A stretch of DNA of 64,000 nt from Candidatus Hadarchaeota archaeon (GTDB lineage: Archaea; Hadarchaeota; Hadarchaeia; Hadarchaeales; JAGGTB01). The position numbers and the translations under genes are program-made. Within the stretch, counting starts at the first letter, position 1. Each line of letters opens with the position of its first letter. Under the pieces are notes generated by a model that saw only the letters and a program-made list of their open reading frames with translations, was not told where the DNA came from and ran no database searches. This document shows, in pieces, positions 19,974-29,240 of the stretch. The stretch lies in NCBI GenBank assembly GCA_964384105.1, contig CAYLJV010000001.1:64001-128000 (forward strand), written 5' to 3'.

Positions 19974-21170
19974 TCATACCCATCCCCTTCCCTCCATTGT
20001 TTCTCTGAGCCTTTGTGCGGAAACCACCATAGCCGCTTCTCGATAGGTTAAGTCTTCTTCTTCGTAGATCTTTAGAGTTTCTGAGAAAGCCTCACATATA
20101 CTGGATTTTATCGTTTGATATGTTTCTTCTCTCTTTGTTTTGCTCCCTGATTTTCCTCCTCTCCATTCAACATAGCTTGCTATTACCCCTCCTGCGTTTG
20201 CCAGAATATCGGGTATTACAGGAATGTTTCTCTCTGAGAGGATTTTCTCTCCTTCTTTGGTTGTGGGGGCATTTGCTCCTTCTACGATTATCTTTGCTTC
20301 TATTTTGTCGGCGACTTCACTGGTTATTACTCCGCCTATTGCTGCAGGTATTAGTATGTCTGTATCCAATTCTAGCAGTTCTTGGTTTGAGACTTTGTTG
20401 TTACTGTATCCCGCTATAGAACCTTCAGTTTGTTTGTATTCCTCCAGTTCGTCTATGTCCAGACCATCTTGATTTATGACTCCACCGCTGGAGTCTGAGA
20501 CGGCTATAACTTTCAGATTACTTTCTTCCAGAAATTTACTCGCCCAATATCCAACATTTCCGAAACCTTGAATTGCTACCGTGAGTTCTGATTTACTTTT
20601 ATCGATTATGTTCTCCGCTGCGTACAGAGTAGCTTCGACAACTCCGTATCCAGTCGCTTCTTCTCTTCCAGGAAGTCCCCCTATTCCTACTGGTTTTCCC
20701 GTGACTGATGCCTGAATGTGAGTTTCGTCAAATATTTCGGCCATTTCTCTTGGGCCAGTTCCTATATCGGGAGCAGGAACGTAAGCGCCTGAGTAGAGTT
20801 CTTCCCTTATTTCGTGTGTAAATCCACTTATTACTTTGGATTTAGCTTCCGGAGGGAGCTTTCTACTTGCTGCTATGCCGGATTTGCCTCCTCCGAAGGG
20901 TAGGCCCATGAGAGAATTCTTGTATGTCATTATTTCGGCTAATTGGGCGGTTTCTTCAATTGTAACGTCTTCGGAAAGTCTTATTCCACCTTTGCAAGGG
21001 GGCCCCCTTGCTGTGCTGTGATATACTAGAAAACAGTCTATGGGTTTATCATCCGGTGTGTGTTTTCTCAATTTGAATTGAATTATTCTATCGGGTTCTT
21101 TGAGGATTTCTAGAGCTTTTTCAGAAAGATTTACAATGTCTGTGATTTTTTTATTCAATATCATTCCCAA
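19974..21170 (-). CDS. gdhA: Glu/Leu/Phe/Val dehydrogenase (glutamate dehydrogenase-like)
   Basis: KGGIR, LPFGGGKSG, PAPDIGT, IQGFGNVG, EGANAP, PDILANAGGV. Confidence 0.9.
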   Translation of the reverse strand: MGMILNKKITDIVNLSEKALEILKEPDRIIQFKLRKHTPDDKPIDCFLVYHSTARGPPCKGGIRLSEDVTIEETAQLAEIMTYKNSLMGLPFGGGKSGIAASRKLPPEAKSKVISGFTHEIREELYSGAYVPAPDIGTGPREMAEIFDETHIQASVTGKPVGIGGLPGREEATGYGVVEATLYAAENIIDKSKSELTVAIQGFGNVGYWASKFLEESNLKVIAVSDSSGGVINQDGLDIDELEEYKQTEGSIAGYSNNKVSNQELLELDTDILIPAAIGGVITSEVADKIEAKIIVEGANAPTTKEGEKILSERNIPVIPDILANAGGVIASYVEWRGGKSGSKTKREETYQTIKSSICEAFSETLKIYEEEDLTYREAAMVVSAQRLRETMEGRGWV

Positions 21171-21281
21171 AACAGGTCCCGGATTAGTCCATTATTGGTA
21201 TCTTTCTTTCTAAAATACTACTTTTAGGGTTTTCGGTCTATCCTCTTATTTCTCGAATTAAATTTCGCTATTAAAGCAGGT

Positions 21282-22694
21282 TTACTGTTTACGTTCTTTA
21301 GGGTCTTCTTCCATCAGTAGTTGTTCAAATTTTCGAAGAAGTTTAGAAACCTGCTCTCTATCAACTTGGGCTCCACAGGCGACAGCATGTCCTCCTCCAT
21401 CGCCCCCAACGCTTTTCGCTGCTAGTTTCATGGCTTGACCTAAGTCCAGTCCTTTGAGAAATAGTAACTTGGAGCATCTAGCGGATATTTTAGCTACATC
21501 ATCGTGCTTTACTATGCCTACCATTGGCTTGTAGGGGTCGGCTTTTTCCTGTCCGAGTAACAGATTTGCTATAGTTCCAACAAAAGTTTCTTTCAGAACG
21601 TCAGAAGCATCGAAGTATTGAATGTATCCGTTGGGTCCTGTCTCTATTCCTTTTTCTTTAATGTGACTCATACCTTTGGCTATACAGCGACGATGATATC
21701 TGAGCAGTTTTAGCATTTGTCTGTAGTAGACATCTCGATCTCCTTTGGCTACTTCTAAGCCTATTAATGGCTGTTCGTGTCTTGCTGTGGAGTTTATGCA
21801 GGTTGAGAACTCGTCTGCATCTCTGAGAAGCGATCTTTCTTCTTCGGTTAAAATGGTATAAACTTCCCCCACTATTAGACCGGGTATGTATTCGACTAGT
21901 TCTTCAGGTGCACTTGATATTGAACGTGTTATTAGCTCTGTGGCTAATTTTTTCTTTTCTTCTTTGGTTAGGTCTACGGGCCTTCTATATCCGTCGTCGG
22001 TTTTGTAGGGAATACCTAAATCCTTCAACATACTGACGCAGCCTTCAGTATTGTTGCTTATTCCAGGAATGGGGGGATCAGTTAAGTTTTTCAGAGTTTG
22101 AAATATTGGCTTTGTATGGCGTCCATAGAGTAAGAGATCTTTTTTCTTTTTCACCACACCAGCTTCTATTCCGTCTTGGGCTATTTTTCGGTTGAAACCT
22201 TTTAGTTTTCCCCAGCCGTTCTGGATATCTCCTATTGCACCGATTAAGGCTAGGGCAGAGAGAACTTTGTTTTCGGGGTCCAATTCTTTAGCTATTAGGT
22301 AAGCCATCCCCGCGCCGCTTATCTCTTCTACTCCATCAAGGTTCTCTAGATGGGCGTTAAAATGGATAAGGTTGGACCACTCCTCTTCTTTTTCTGGCGA
22401 GTGATGATCTGCTATTATTACGTCGCTGTTTCCGAACTTTGATTTCAAATTTTTCAATTGGGAGCTTCCGAGATCCGTGAAAATCGTGAGTTCTCCGATT
22501 TCAAGCTCTTCTATTGTTTCAGGATATAACATTTGAACAAATTTTACGTGATGTCTTATCTCTTTCCGATCTAGCGCTTTTGATATGATGGCTGCGGCAG
22601 TGATTCCATCGGGGTCCATATGAGAGATAAGATTAATTGAATCATTTTCGTGGTTTAGAATCATTTCTGCAGCTCTTCTAGCATTTTTAAACAT
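21282..22694 (-). CDS. DHH-family RecJ/Cdc45-like (GAN-type) nuclease
   Basis: HMDPDG, DLG, DHH, ISGAG, GAIGD, GGGHAVACGA. Confidence 0.85.
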   Translation of the reverse strand: MFKNARRAAEMILNHENDSINLISHMDPDGITAAAIISKALDRKEIRHHVKFVQMLYPETIEELEIGELTIFTDLGSSQLKNLKSKFGNSDVIIADHHSPEKEEEWSNLIHFNAHLENLDGVEEISGAGMAYLIAKELDPENKVLSALALIGAIGDIQNGWGKLKGFNRKIAQDGIEAGVVKKKKDLLLYGRHTKPIFQTLKNLTDPPIPGISNNTEGCVSMLKDLGIPYKTDDGYRRPVDLTKEEKKKLATELITRSISSAPEELVEYIPGLIVGEVYTILTEEERSLLRDADEFSTCINSTARHEQPLIGLEVAKGDRDVYYRQMLKLLRYHRRCIAKGMSHIKEKGIETGPNGYIQYFDASDVLKETFVGTIANLLLGQEKADPYKPMVGIVKHDDVAKISARCSKLLFLKGLDLGQAMKLAAKSVGGDGGGHAVACGAQVDREQVSKLLRKFEQLLMEEDPKERKQ

Positions 22695-22770
22695 AGTTGG
22701 CTCTACCGAAGATTGTTTTTAATTTAGGTTTCTAAAAAACTGCCCATCGGCGGGATGTTAAATGCTTAGA

Positions 22771-22995
22771 TCAAACTGCCTCGACTTCTTTCACTTCAGG
22801 TATTTTCTCTTTGATTGTTTTTTCTATTACTGCTGCTAAAGTCAATGTGGACATGGGACATCCTGCACAGGCACCTATTAGTTGTACCTTAACTTTGCCT
22901 TCATCTGTAACTTCTATAAGTTCTACGTCTCCTCCATCGGCTTGAAGTTGGGGTCTTATTTCCTCTATTACTTTTTCTACCTTTTCTTTATCCAT
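22771..22995 (-). CDS. NifU C-terminal domain Fe-S carrier
   Basis: IRPQLQADGGDVEL..GACAGCPMS. Confidence 0.9.
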   Translation of the reverse strand: MDKEKVEKVIEEIRPQLQADGGDVELIEVTDEGKVKVQLIGACAGCPMSTLTLAAVIEKTIKEKIPEVKEVEAV

Positions 22996-23014
22996 AACAA
23001 TTCCTCTTTTCTTT

Positions 23015-23635
23015 TTACGTGATGTGTTTTAAAACCTCTTTTAAATCTCGGGACTTGATGATAATATCTGCATGTCTTTCTATTATACTTTGGGAGTTAA
23101 AGGCTATCTTTAGATCTGCATTTTCAAAAAGCTTAAGATTATTTGCTCCATCAGCTAGTGCTACTACTTTTTTCTTTTTCGCTTCTTCTTTCTCTAGAAT
23201 ATGCTCTAGGCCTTCGATGAAGTCACAGTTTACTCTCAGATTTTTTAAACCTACTAGTTTGTCCTGACTAAATTCGAGTTCATTTGAGATTACATAATCT
23301 AATCCTAGAACTTTCTTCACTCTATCAGAAAATATGTTAAATCCCCCAGTGACTCCGATTAGGGTATAATCCCTTTTTTTGAGAGAATTACAGAGAGTTG
23401 ATGCACCTTTCATAAGGGGCATTTGTTTTCCAACTTTTACCGCTTCTTTATGGTCTGTTCCGGATAGTATCTTGAGCCTCTTTTTTAGTGATTCTTCCCA
23501 GCGTATTTCACCACGGATACCTTTTCTGGTAATCTCTTGAACTATTTCCTTTTTACCCTGATGCTCTGCGAGATTTGGTAGATACTCGCCATCAGGGAGG
23601 ACGCCTTCAATGTCTGAGATTAGTATTCCTTCCAT
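23015..23635 (-). CDS. serB: Phosphoserine phosphatase (HAD family)
   Basis: DIEGVL, TGGF, SNEL, ADGANNL. ATG at 23635 after GGAGG. Confidence 0.8.
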   Translation of the reverse strand: MEGILISDIEGVLPDGEYLPNLAEHQGKKEIVQEITRKGIRGEIRWEESLKKRLKILSGTDHKEAVKVGKQMPLMKGASTLCNSLKKRDYTLIGVTGGFNIFSDRVKKVLGLDYVISNELEFSQDKLVGLKNLRVNCDFIEGLEHILEKEEAKKKKVVALADGANNLKLFENADLKIAFNSQSIIERHADIIIKSRDLKEVLKHIT

Positions 23636-23752
23636 TTTCTTCCTCCTTCTCCTCTGCAATAGGTTTTTTAATATTTTCGAGTAGAACTGGCTCTATGGAT
23701 GTTTTCGATAAAATGTAGAAGTATTGAAATTTTTAAAATCGGAAATTTATAA

Positions 23753-24961
23753 CTACGTCACGATTTTTTCTATACTTTCAGTTGATATTGCTTTTTTTAT
23801 CTCCATCATAGAAAGATCAAGTGGGTCTTGAATGTTCCAGTTTGAAGGCATGAATTTCTCGTATTCTTTCGAATGCTTGATGTCTAGATATCTTAAGTAA
23901 GGCGATGTTGGTCCCATTGCAGGGTCTCCGGGAACTCTAAAGCTGAGATCAAAAACTACAAATTCTGGCCGATTATCTTTATCTGTGGGAACGGCTCCCT
24001 GAATTCCTATGGGGCCGATTATTCCAGGAGGTACTTCATTCTTTAGAGTATCTATGAGTTTCTCTGCATTTTCGTATATCATTTCTAGCTTGGATTCGCG
24101 CAATGTCTTACCTCTGTGACATATTTCTTCGTTTGTTCTTTCGAGATTATTCTCTATCAGATCAAGTTGTAAGTCAGCTGGTAAGCTCCTGAAGCCGGTT
24201 TCATTTGTCTGTTCTCGATCACTAAAACCAACGAGGTCTATATCGTTCTCGAATCCTTGAGACCCAGATAGATTTAGAGAGTAGGAATGGAAATTGGCAT
24301 TTAGCATCGGTCCGATTACAAATTCTTCTATCGAGGCCTTTTCTAACCCGTCTCGGCTTATTTCTCCAGATTTTATTTTTTTCTCGGCTATTTTTTCGTA
24401 TTCTTCAGGACTATCAGGATAGAAATAAGCTCGTTCTAAAGGATTGTCTTTTTGATGCACTTTTACTACGGATAGTCTGTCTATTTCTTTTGGGTTCTCA
24501 AAGATTTTAGGAGTTCTTATGCCGGCTCTTTTCAGTAAGTAATATTGATTTCTAGGAGGTTTTGCTTTTCTTTCCTCGGCCCTGAATAATTTTCTTGCTC
24601 CGTAAATTGGTATTTTAAAATTTTTTTCTATTTCTTCTAGTCCAACGTATACGACGAATGACCTATTTGGGATAAAAATAACATTATTTTCTCTCATCCA
24701 TTCTTGATTCTTTTGCGATGAGATTTCGGACCAATCTTCTAAGACTTTTTTTTCATCGTATAATTTGGAATTATGTTTAACGTAAGTCTCTTCTCTTCCT
24801 TTCTTGGTGAAAATAATTGTGGGGAATCCTGATTTTTTTGCTGAGTAGCCAATCGGGAGTGCAGAGTGAGAACCAAAAATACCGATACGTATATTATCTT
24901 TGTTGTAATCAGCAGCTATCTCTTGTACTTCGGACCTTTTTATTTCGTTTTTGGATTTCAT
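23753..24961 (-). CDS. PurP-like ATP-grasp protein (second paralog)
   Basis: GSHSAL, FIPNRSF, TLRESKL, PPGIIGP, FDLSFRVPG. Confidence 0.82.
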   Translation of the reverse strand: MKSKNEIKRSEVQEIAADYNKDNIRIGIFGSHSALPIGYSAKKSGFPTIIFTKKGREETYVKHNSKLYDEKKVLEDWSEISSQKNQEWMRENNVIFIPNRSFVVYVGLEEIEKNFKIPIYGARKLFRAEERKAKPPRNQYYLLKRAGIRTPKIFENPKEIDRLSVVKVHQKDNPLERAYFYPDSPEEYEKIAEKKIKSGEISRDGLEKASIEEFVIGPMLNANFHSYSLNLSGSQGFENDIDLVGFSDREQTNETGFRSLPADLQLDLIENNLERTNEEICHRGKTLRESKLEMIYENAEKLIDTLKNEVPPGIIGPIGIQGAVPTDKDNRPEFVVFDLSFRVPGDPAMGPTSPYLRYLDIKHSKEYEKFMPSNWNIQDPLDLSMMEIKKAISTESIEKIVT

Positions 24962-24971
24962 TGAAACGCCT

Positions 24972-26075
24972 CTAATAGATTATCCTATTTAATTGTTCTT
25001 TTTCTATACCTTTTTTTATTTCCCTAGCTATTCTTCGTCCTGTGGACATAGGCTCGTCGAAGAGATAAGGGGAGTAGGGGGAACCCATGGGGAAAAGATT
25101 AGTCCCTGCTACTATTCTTCCAGAAATTTCGAAAACAGTGAATCCTCTATTAGGATGATAGATGGTTTCTAAACAAAAAGGACCGATTATACCGGGATCA
25201 AAAAGCTCTTTAGAAGCCTTGACTACACCAGTTGCTATTTCTATTAGGTCTACTAGGTACTTTTCCCTTACTATCAGAGGTTCGTTTCCGGTTACGGAAT
25301 AGTCAAAAAATTCAGATGGTATATCGGGTAAAGCCCTATAGCTTTCATCTATTGGCTCTATCCTTCTGTCCATTCCAAGTATTTCAATGGCACCGTCTTC
25401 TACTTCGGCTCCTCTTTTGTCTAATATTGAAAAGAAGTAGTGAGGGTAATATCTGACTCCTGGAACAAATTCTTGTATAGTTGCGTCTTTTGCTTCCGTT
25501 TCTGTTATTAACCCCTTTTCCAGTTTATCCTGAAGTTTTTCTTCGAAATCTTCGGGTGATCTGGCTGTAAAGAAGCCTCTTCCCCCTTTTGCCCCACTAA
25601 ATTTAACAAATACTCTCTGGTTTATCTCCGAAGGTTTTTCATATAGTTTGGGTATTTTAACTCCCGCTTTTTTCAACCATTCCCTCTGTTTTTTTCTCTT
25701 TCCCTCCCACTTTAGCGATCCTCTGTTTCCGAAGATCGGTACTTTAAAACTTTTTAGAAGGTTTTCTGCTCCGATGTATTCTACGAATGATCCATGTGGT
25801 ATCATTATGGTATTTTTCTCAAGTAATTTCCTTTGGTTCTCTTCTTCTAATATTTCGTTGAATTTTTCTACTATCATGAATTCGTCTGCTTTCGCTTTTG
25901 GAAAAGAACTGTACGCTTTTTTTCTTTCTTCGGGACATATCCCAATTGTTTTGAAACCCTCTAACTTTGCTCCATGTATAAGCTGAAGAGCAGAATGGGA
26001 GCAAACTACTCCGAGAGTGATATTACTTTTATCGTAATCAGAAAGAGCCTCTTCAATTTTCTTTTTTTCTATCAT
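24972..26075 (-). CDS. purP: Formate-dependent AICAR formyltransferase (FAICAR synthetase)
   Basis: CSHSALQ, IPHGSF, GAKGGRG, VTGNEP, GPFCLE, FEISGRIVAGTN, STGRRIAREI. Confidence 0.88.
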   Translation of the reverse strand: MIEKKKIEEALSDYDKSNITLGVVCSHSALQLIHGAKLEGFKTIGICPEERKKAYSSFPKAKADEFMIVEKFNEILEEENQRKLLEKNTIMIPHGSFVEYIGAENLLKSFKVPIFGNRGSLKWEGKRKKQREWLKKAGVKIPKLYEKPSEINQRVFVKFSGAKGGRGFFTARSPEDFEEKLQDKLEKGLITETEAKDATIQEFVPGVRYYPHYFFSILDKRGAEVEDGAIEILGMDRRIEPIDESYRALPDIPSEFFDYSVTGNEPLIVREKYLVDLIEIATGVVKASKELFDPGIIGPFCLETIYHPNRGFTVFEISGRIVAGTNLFPMGSPYSPYLFDEPMSTGRRIAREIKKGIEKEQLNRIIY

Positions 26076-26153
26076 TCTACACAGAACCTTCTAACAGAAT
26101 TAATTTACTTAAACTTAATTAGTTTCTGTATCACATTTAGTAATTGTGATAAT

Positions 26154-27170
26154 TTGGGGAGTGTTAAAGACCTAGAAGTAATTGAAAATCCAACTCCCAG
26201 TTCTATAGGTCATGGTGTATTCTATTTTTCCGATAGATATTCAGTTTTTGATTGGGGCCGTATGCCCGTTGAGATAGATAGAAAAGGGGAGATTTTGGCT
26301 TTAATGGGAGCGTACACTTTTGAAATTATGGAAAAGGGTGGTATTAAAACTCATTATCGGGGTATGGAAGAAGATGGGGAGACAAAAAAGATTGATGATC
26401 TTGAGGGGCCATCTAAAATGATGCATGTAGATTTGGTAAATGTTTTAAAACCCGATTTTAAGGGAGATAGATACGATTATTCAGTATTCGTTGAACCGCC
26501 CGTTAATAATTATTTAGTTCCTCTTGAGATCATTTATAGGAATAGAATACCGATTGGTTCTTCTGCAAGGGGAAGATATAGTCCAAAGGATTTGAACTTG
26601 AACTTATCAGCTTGGCCGGAAGAGGCTGTATCTTTAAAAGAACCTTTAATAGAGCCCTCTACAAAGCTTGAGGAGCAAGATGTGTATTTAGATAAGAGTG
26701 AAGCTGAGGAAATCACTGGAAATGTTTCTATCCAGGAGATATACGATCTGACTAAGAGAGTAAACACAATAATAACGTCAAGAGCAGAAAAAGCGGAGAT
26801 GACTAACGATGATGGAAAATTAGAATTTCTTTATATAGGTGGTGACATCGTTTTGGGTGATGTGGCAGGTACCTTTGACGAGAACAGATTTACTTTTGAA
26901 GGATTTCAAGTGAGCAAGGAAGTTCTGAGGCAGGCATATAAAAAACATCAACCTGAATGGGTTGAAGAAGTGAAAGAGGCAAAGAAGAAGGCTAGAGAAG
27001 AGGGTATAAAAGATTGGAAAAAACTTGTTAGTTCCAAACCGTCTCCGTTGGGTATAGAGGATTTGGTAAGTGAGATGTATCAGGCTGGAGCTAATAGGTA
27101 TATCGGGAAAGAATTTTTTGATGTTAGAGATTTAAGTGAAGTAATTGGGGATATCAAATCTAGTATATGA
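26154..27170 (+). CDS. purC: SAICAR synthetase
   Basis: TTG start giving MGSVKD; FSDRYSVFDWG, PLEIIYRN, STKLE, DGKLEF, GTFDENRF. Confidence 0.92.
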   Translation: MGSVKDLEVIENPTPSSIGHGVFYFSDRYSVFDWGRMPVEIDRKGEILALMGAYTFEIMEKGGIKTHYRGMEEDGETKKIDDLEGPSKMMHVDLVNVLKPDFKGDRYDYSVFVEPPVNNYLVPLEIIYRNRIPIGSSARGRYSPKDLNLNLSAWPEEAVSLKEPLIEPSTKLEEQDVYLDKSEAEEITGNVSIQEIYDLTKRVNTIITSRAEKAEMTNDDGKLEFLYIGGDIVLGDVAGTFDENRFTFEGFQVSKEVLRQAYKKHQPEWVEEVKEAKKKAREEGIKDWKKLVSSKPSPLGIEDLVSEMYQAGANRYIGKEFFDVRDLSEVIGDIKSSI

Positions 27171-27234
27171 TAAAATTTTGAGATAGAGTTAAAATACTTC
27201 TTTGTTAATCTTAATCTGTGGTTCGACTTTGAGT

Positions 27235-27714
27235 ATGGAAAAAGTAATTGTAATAATGGGTTCCGAAAAGGATCTTGATTTTATTGAGCCTGCTATAGAT
27301 CTACTAAGTGATTTTGAGATTCATTACGAAGTCAGAGTCGCTTCGGCCCATAAAACCCCGAGGAAACTTTTGAGAATCATAGAAGATCACGAATCAGAGG
27401 ATTCTTTAGTTTATATAACGGTTGCTGGAAGATCTAATGCACTCTCTGGATTTGTTGACGCTAATACTTCTTTCCCCGTGATAGCTTGCCCGCCTTATTC
27501 GAATAAGTTTGGAGGAGCAGATATCTTTTCATCGTTGCGTATGCCTAGTGGGGTAGGACCTTTAGTAGTATTAGATCCAAGGAATGCTGCTATTTCTGCT
27601 TTGAAGATTCTTTCTCTTTGTAACTCTGATCTCTCGGAAAGAATAATTGATTATCAAAAGAAATTTAGGGAAAAGGTAGAAGAAAGTGACCAAAAAATTT
27701 CTGAACAAAATTAA
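27235..27714 (+). CDS. purE: AIR carboxylase (PurE, class II-like)
   Basis: IMGSEKD, SAHKTP, VAGRSNALSG, PVIACPP, SSLRMPSG. Confidence 0.92.
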   Translation: MEKVIVIMGSEKDLDFIEPAIDLLSDFEIHYEVRVASAHKTPRKLLRIIEDHESEDSLVYITVAGRSNALSGFVDANTSFPVIACPPYSNKFGGADIFSSLRMPSGVGPLVVLDPRNAAISALKILSLCNSDLSERIIDYQKKFREKVEESDQKISEQN

Positions 27715-27767
27715 TTTTGTCATCCTTCCGTTGAACCTTTTAGTACTCTGTTAAAATAGGTAACAAA

Positions 27768-29240
27768 ATGTTAGAAAATTTAAAAGAATCTTGCGGTGTT
27801 TTTGGCGCTTTTGATTATGAAGGAGGACAAGTATTTCCGTCTCTTTATTGGGCGATGATTTCTCAAAACCATAGAGGCCATCAATCTTATGGATTTACTA
27901 CATTTGACGGAGATTTTAAAACGAAGAGTGGATTAGGCCTTTTGCCAGTTACCAGAGATAAATCAGAGGATTGGTTTTGCGACCTTCCAGGAGATAGAGG
28001 GATCGGTCATGTTAGATATGCTACTTCAGGTGAAAGGGAAAAAATCGAAGATGTCCAGCCTTATATATGCAAACATGATGGGGTCAAAATTGCTCTCGGT
28101 TATAATGGTAATTTGGTTAATAATATTCAACTTAGAAAGGATTTAAAAGAGAGATTTGGTGGTCTCTCTTCGACTTCTGATACTGAGTTACTTTGTAAGA
28201 AGTTACTTGAAGGTTTGGAGGGCGGAGATCTTGTCTCAGCTGTCGAGTTATGTATGAAGGAAATCGAGGGATCATTTTCAGTCGTGGGATTAGATCAAGA
28301 TGGAAGGATGTTTGCATTTAGGGATCCATTGGGCAATAGACCGTTTTGTTATGGTAAGAAAAAAAACGGAAAGATACAGGCGGTATCTTCTGAGAGCGTA
28401 GGTTTGAGTATAAATGGTTTCGATTATTACGGGGAAATAAAGCCTGGAGAACTTTTGATTTTTACCGAGGAGGGTCTTCAGAGGGAGAGAGTTGTCAAAA
28501 GGAGGAAGAAGGCTTTCTGTTCTTTTGAGTATGCCTATTTTGCTCGTCCCGATTCGATATTTGACGGAAAACCAGTTTACAAAGTTCGCGAAGAGTTTGG
28601 GAAAAATCTAGCCAGAGAGAATAAAGATTTGGTCCAGAAAGCAGATCTTGTTCTTTCAATCCCTCAGACTGCGGATGATGCTGCGTACGGTTTTCATATA
28701 GAAAGCGGTTTGCCATGGGAGCGAGCTGTGAGGAAACATAGATACGTAACCAGCAGATCTTTTATTTCTCCTCCTGATAAAAGAAGCGAGATAATTGATA
28801 AGAAGATAAATGTCGATTGGGGAAGGATAAGAGGTAAAAATATCGCCGTTGTCGAAGATAGTATCGTGAGAGGAAGTACCTCTAAAGGAGTGGTAAAGAA
28901 GATGAAGAATGCTGGAGTTGGGGATATCTATTTATTCGTAACTTTCCCCCGCATCATTTCGCCTTGTTTTTATGGAATTGATATGACTACCTATAGAGAG
29001 CTTATTGGTTCCACCCACACCCCGGATGAAATTGCAGAGGAACTCGGAATAGAAAATGTTAGATATCAGTCTCTGGAGAGTTTCATAAAATCTACTGGCT
29101 TGAAAAGGAACGAGATATGCCTGGCCTGTGTTACTGAGGATTACCCTACCCCTTTAGCCCAAAAACTAGCTAACAAATTTAAATCTAAATTTGAAAGAGG
29201 AGAAAGGGAACCTGAAAGAATTTATGAGGGCGTGGTATGA
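27768..29240 (+). CDS. purF: Amidophosphoribosyltransferase
   Basis: ESCGVFG (Ntn Cys), HRGH, GHVRYAT, VEDSIVRGST, Fe-S cysteines in FCSFEY, PCFYG and CLAC. Confidence 0.95.
   Translation: MLENLKESCGVFGAFDYEGGQVFPSLYWAMISQNHRGHQSYGFTTFDGDFKTKSGLGLLPVTRDKSEDWFCDLPGDRGIGHVRYATSGEREKIEDVQPYICKHDGVKIALGYNGNLVNNIQLRKDLKERFGGLSSTSDTELLCKKLLEGLEGGDLVSAVELCMKEIEGSFSVVGLDQDGRMFAFRDPLGNRPFCYGKKKNGKIQAVSSESVGLSINGFDYYGEIKPGELLIFTEEGLQRERVVKRRKKAFCSFEYAYFARPDSIFDGKPVYKVREEFGKNLARENKDLVQKADLVLSIPQTADDAAYGFHIESGLPWERAVRKHRYVTSRSFISPPDKRSEIIDKKINVDWGRIRGKNIAVVEDSIVRGSTSKGVVKKMKNAGVGDIYLFVTFPRIISPCFYGIDMTTYRELIGSTHTPDEIAEELGIENVRYQSLESFIKSTGLKRNEICLACVTEDYPTPLAQKLANKFKSKFERGEREPERIYEGVV

Noticed and set aside
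22740-22770. GC-rich patch after nifU as a SECIS element or terminator hairpin
   Set aside because: Only about 3 bp of pairing, and no in-frame TGA at a catalytic Cys position was seen nearby.
25974-26153. Long N-terminal extensions in the ORF track (purC; also 10490, 11452, 23659, 27202, 44301)
   Set aside because: They overlap neighbours or promoters; family-typical starts lie downstream.
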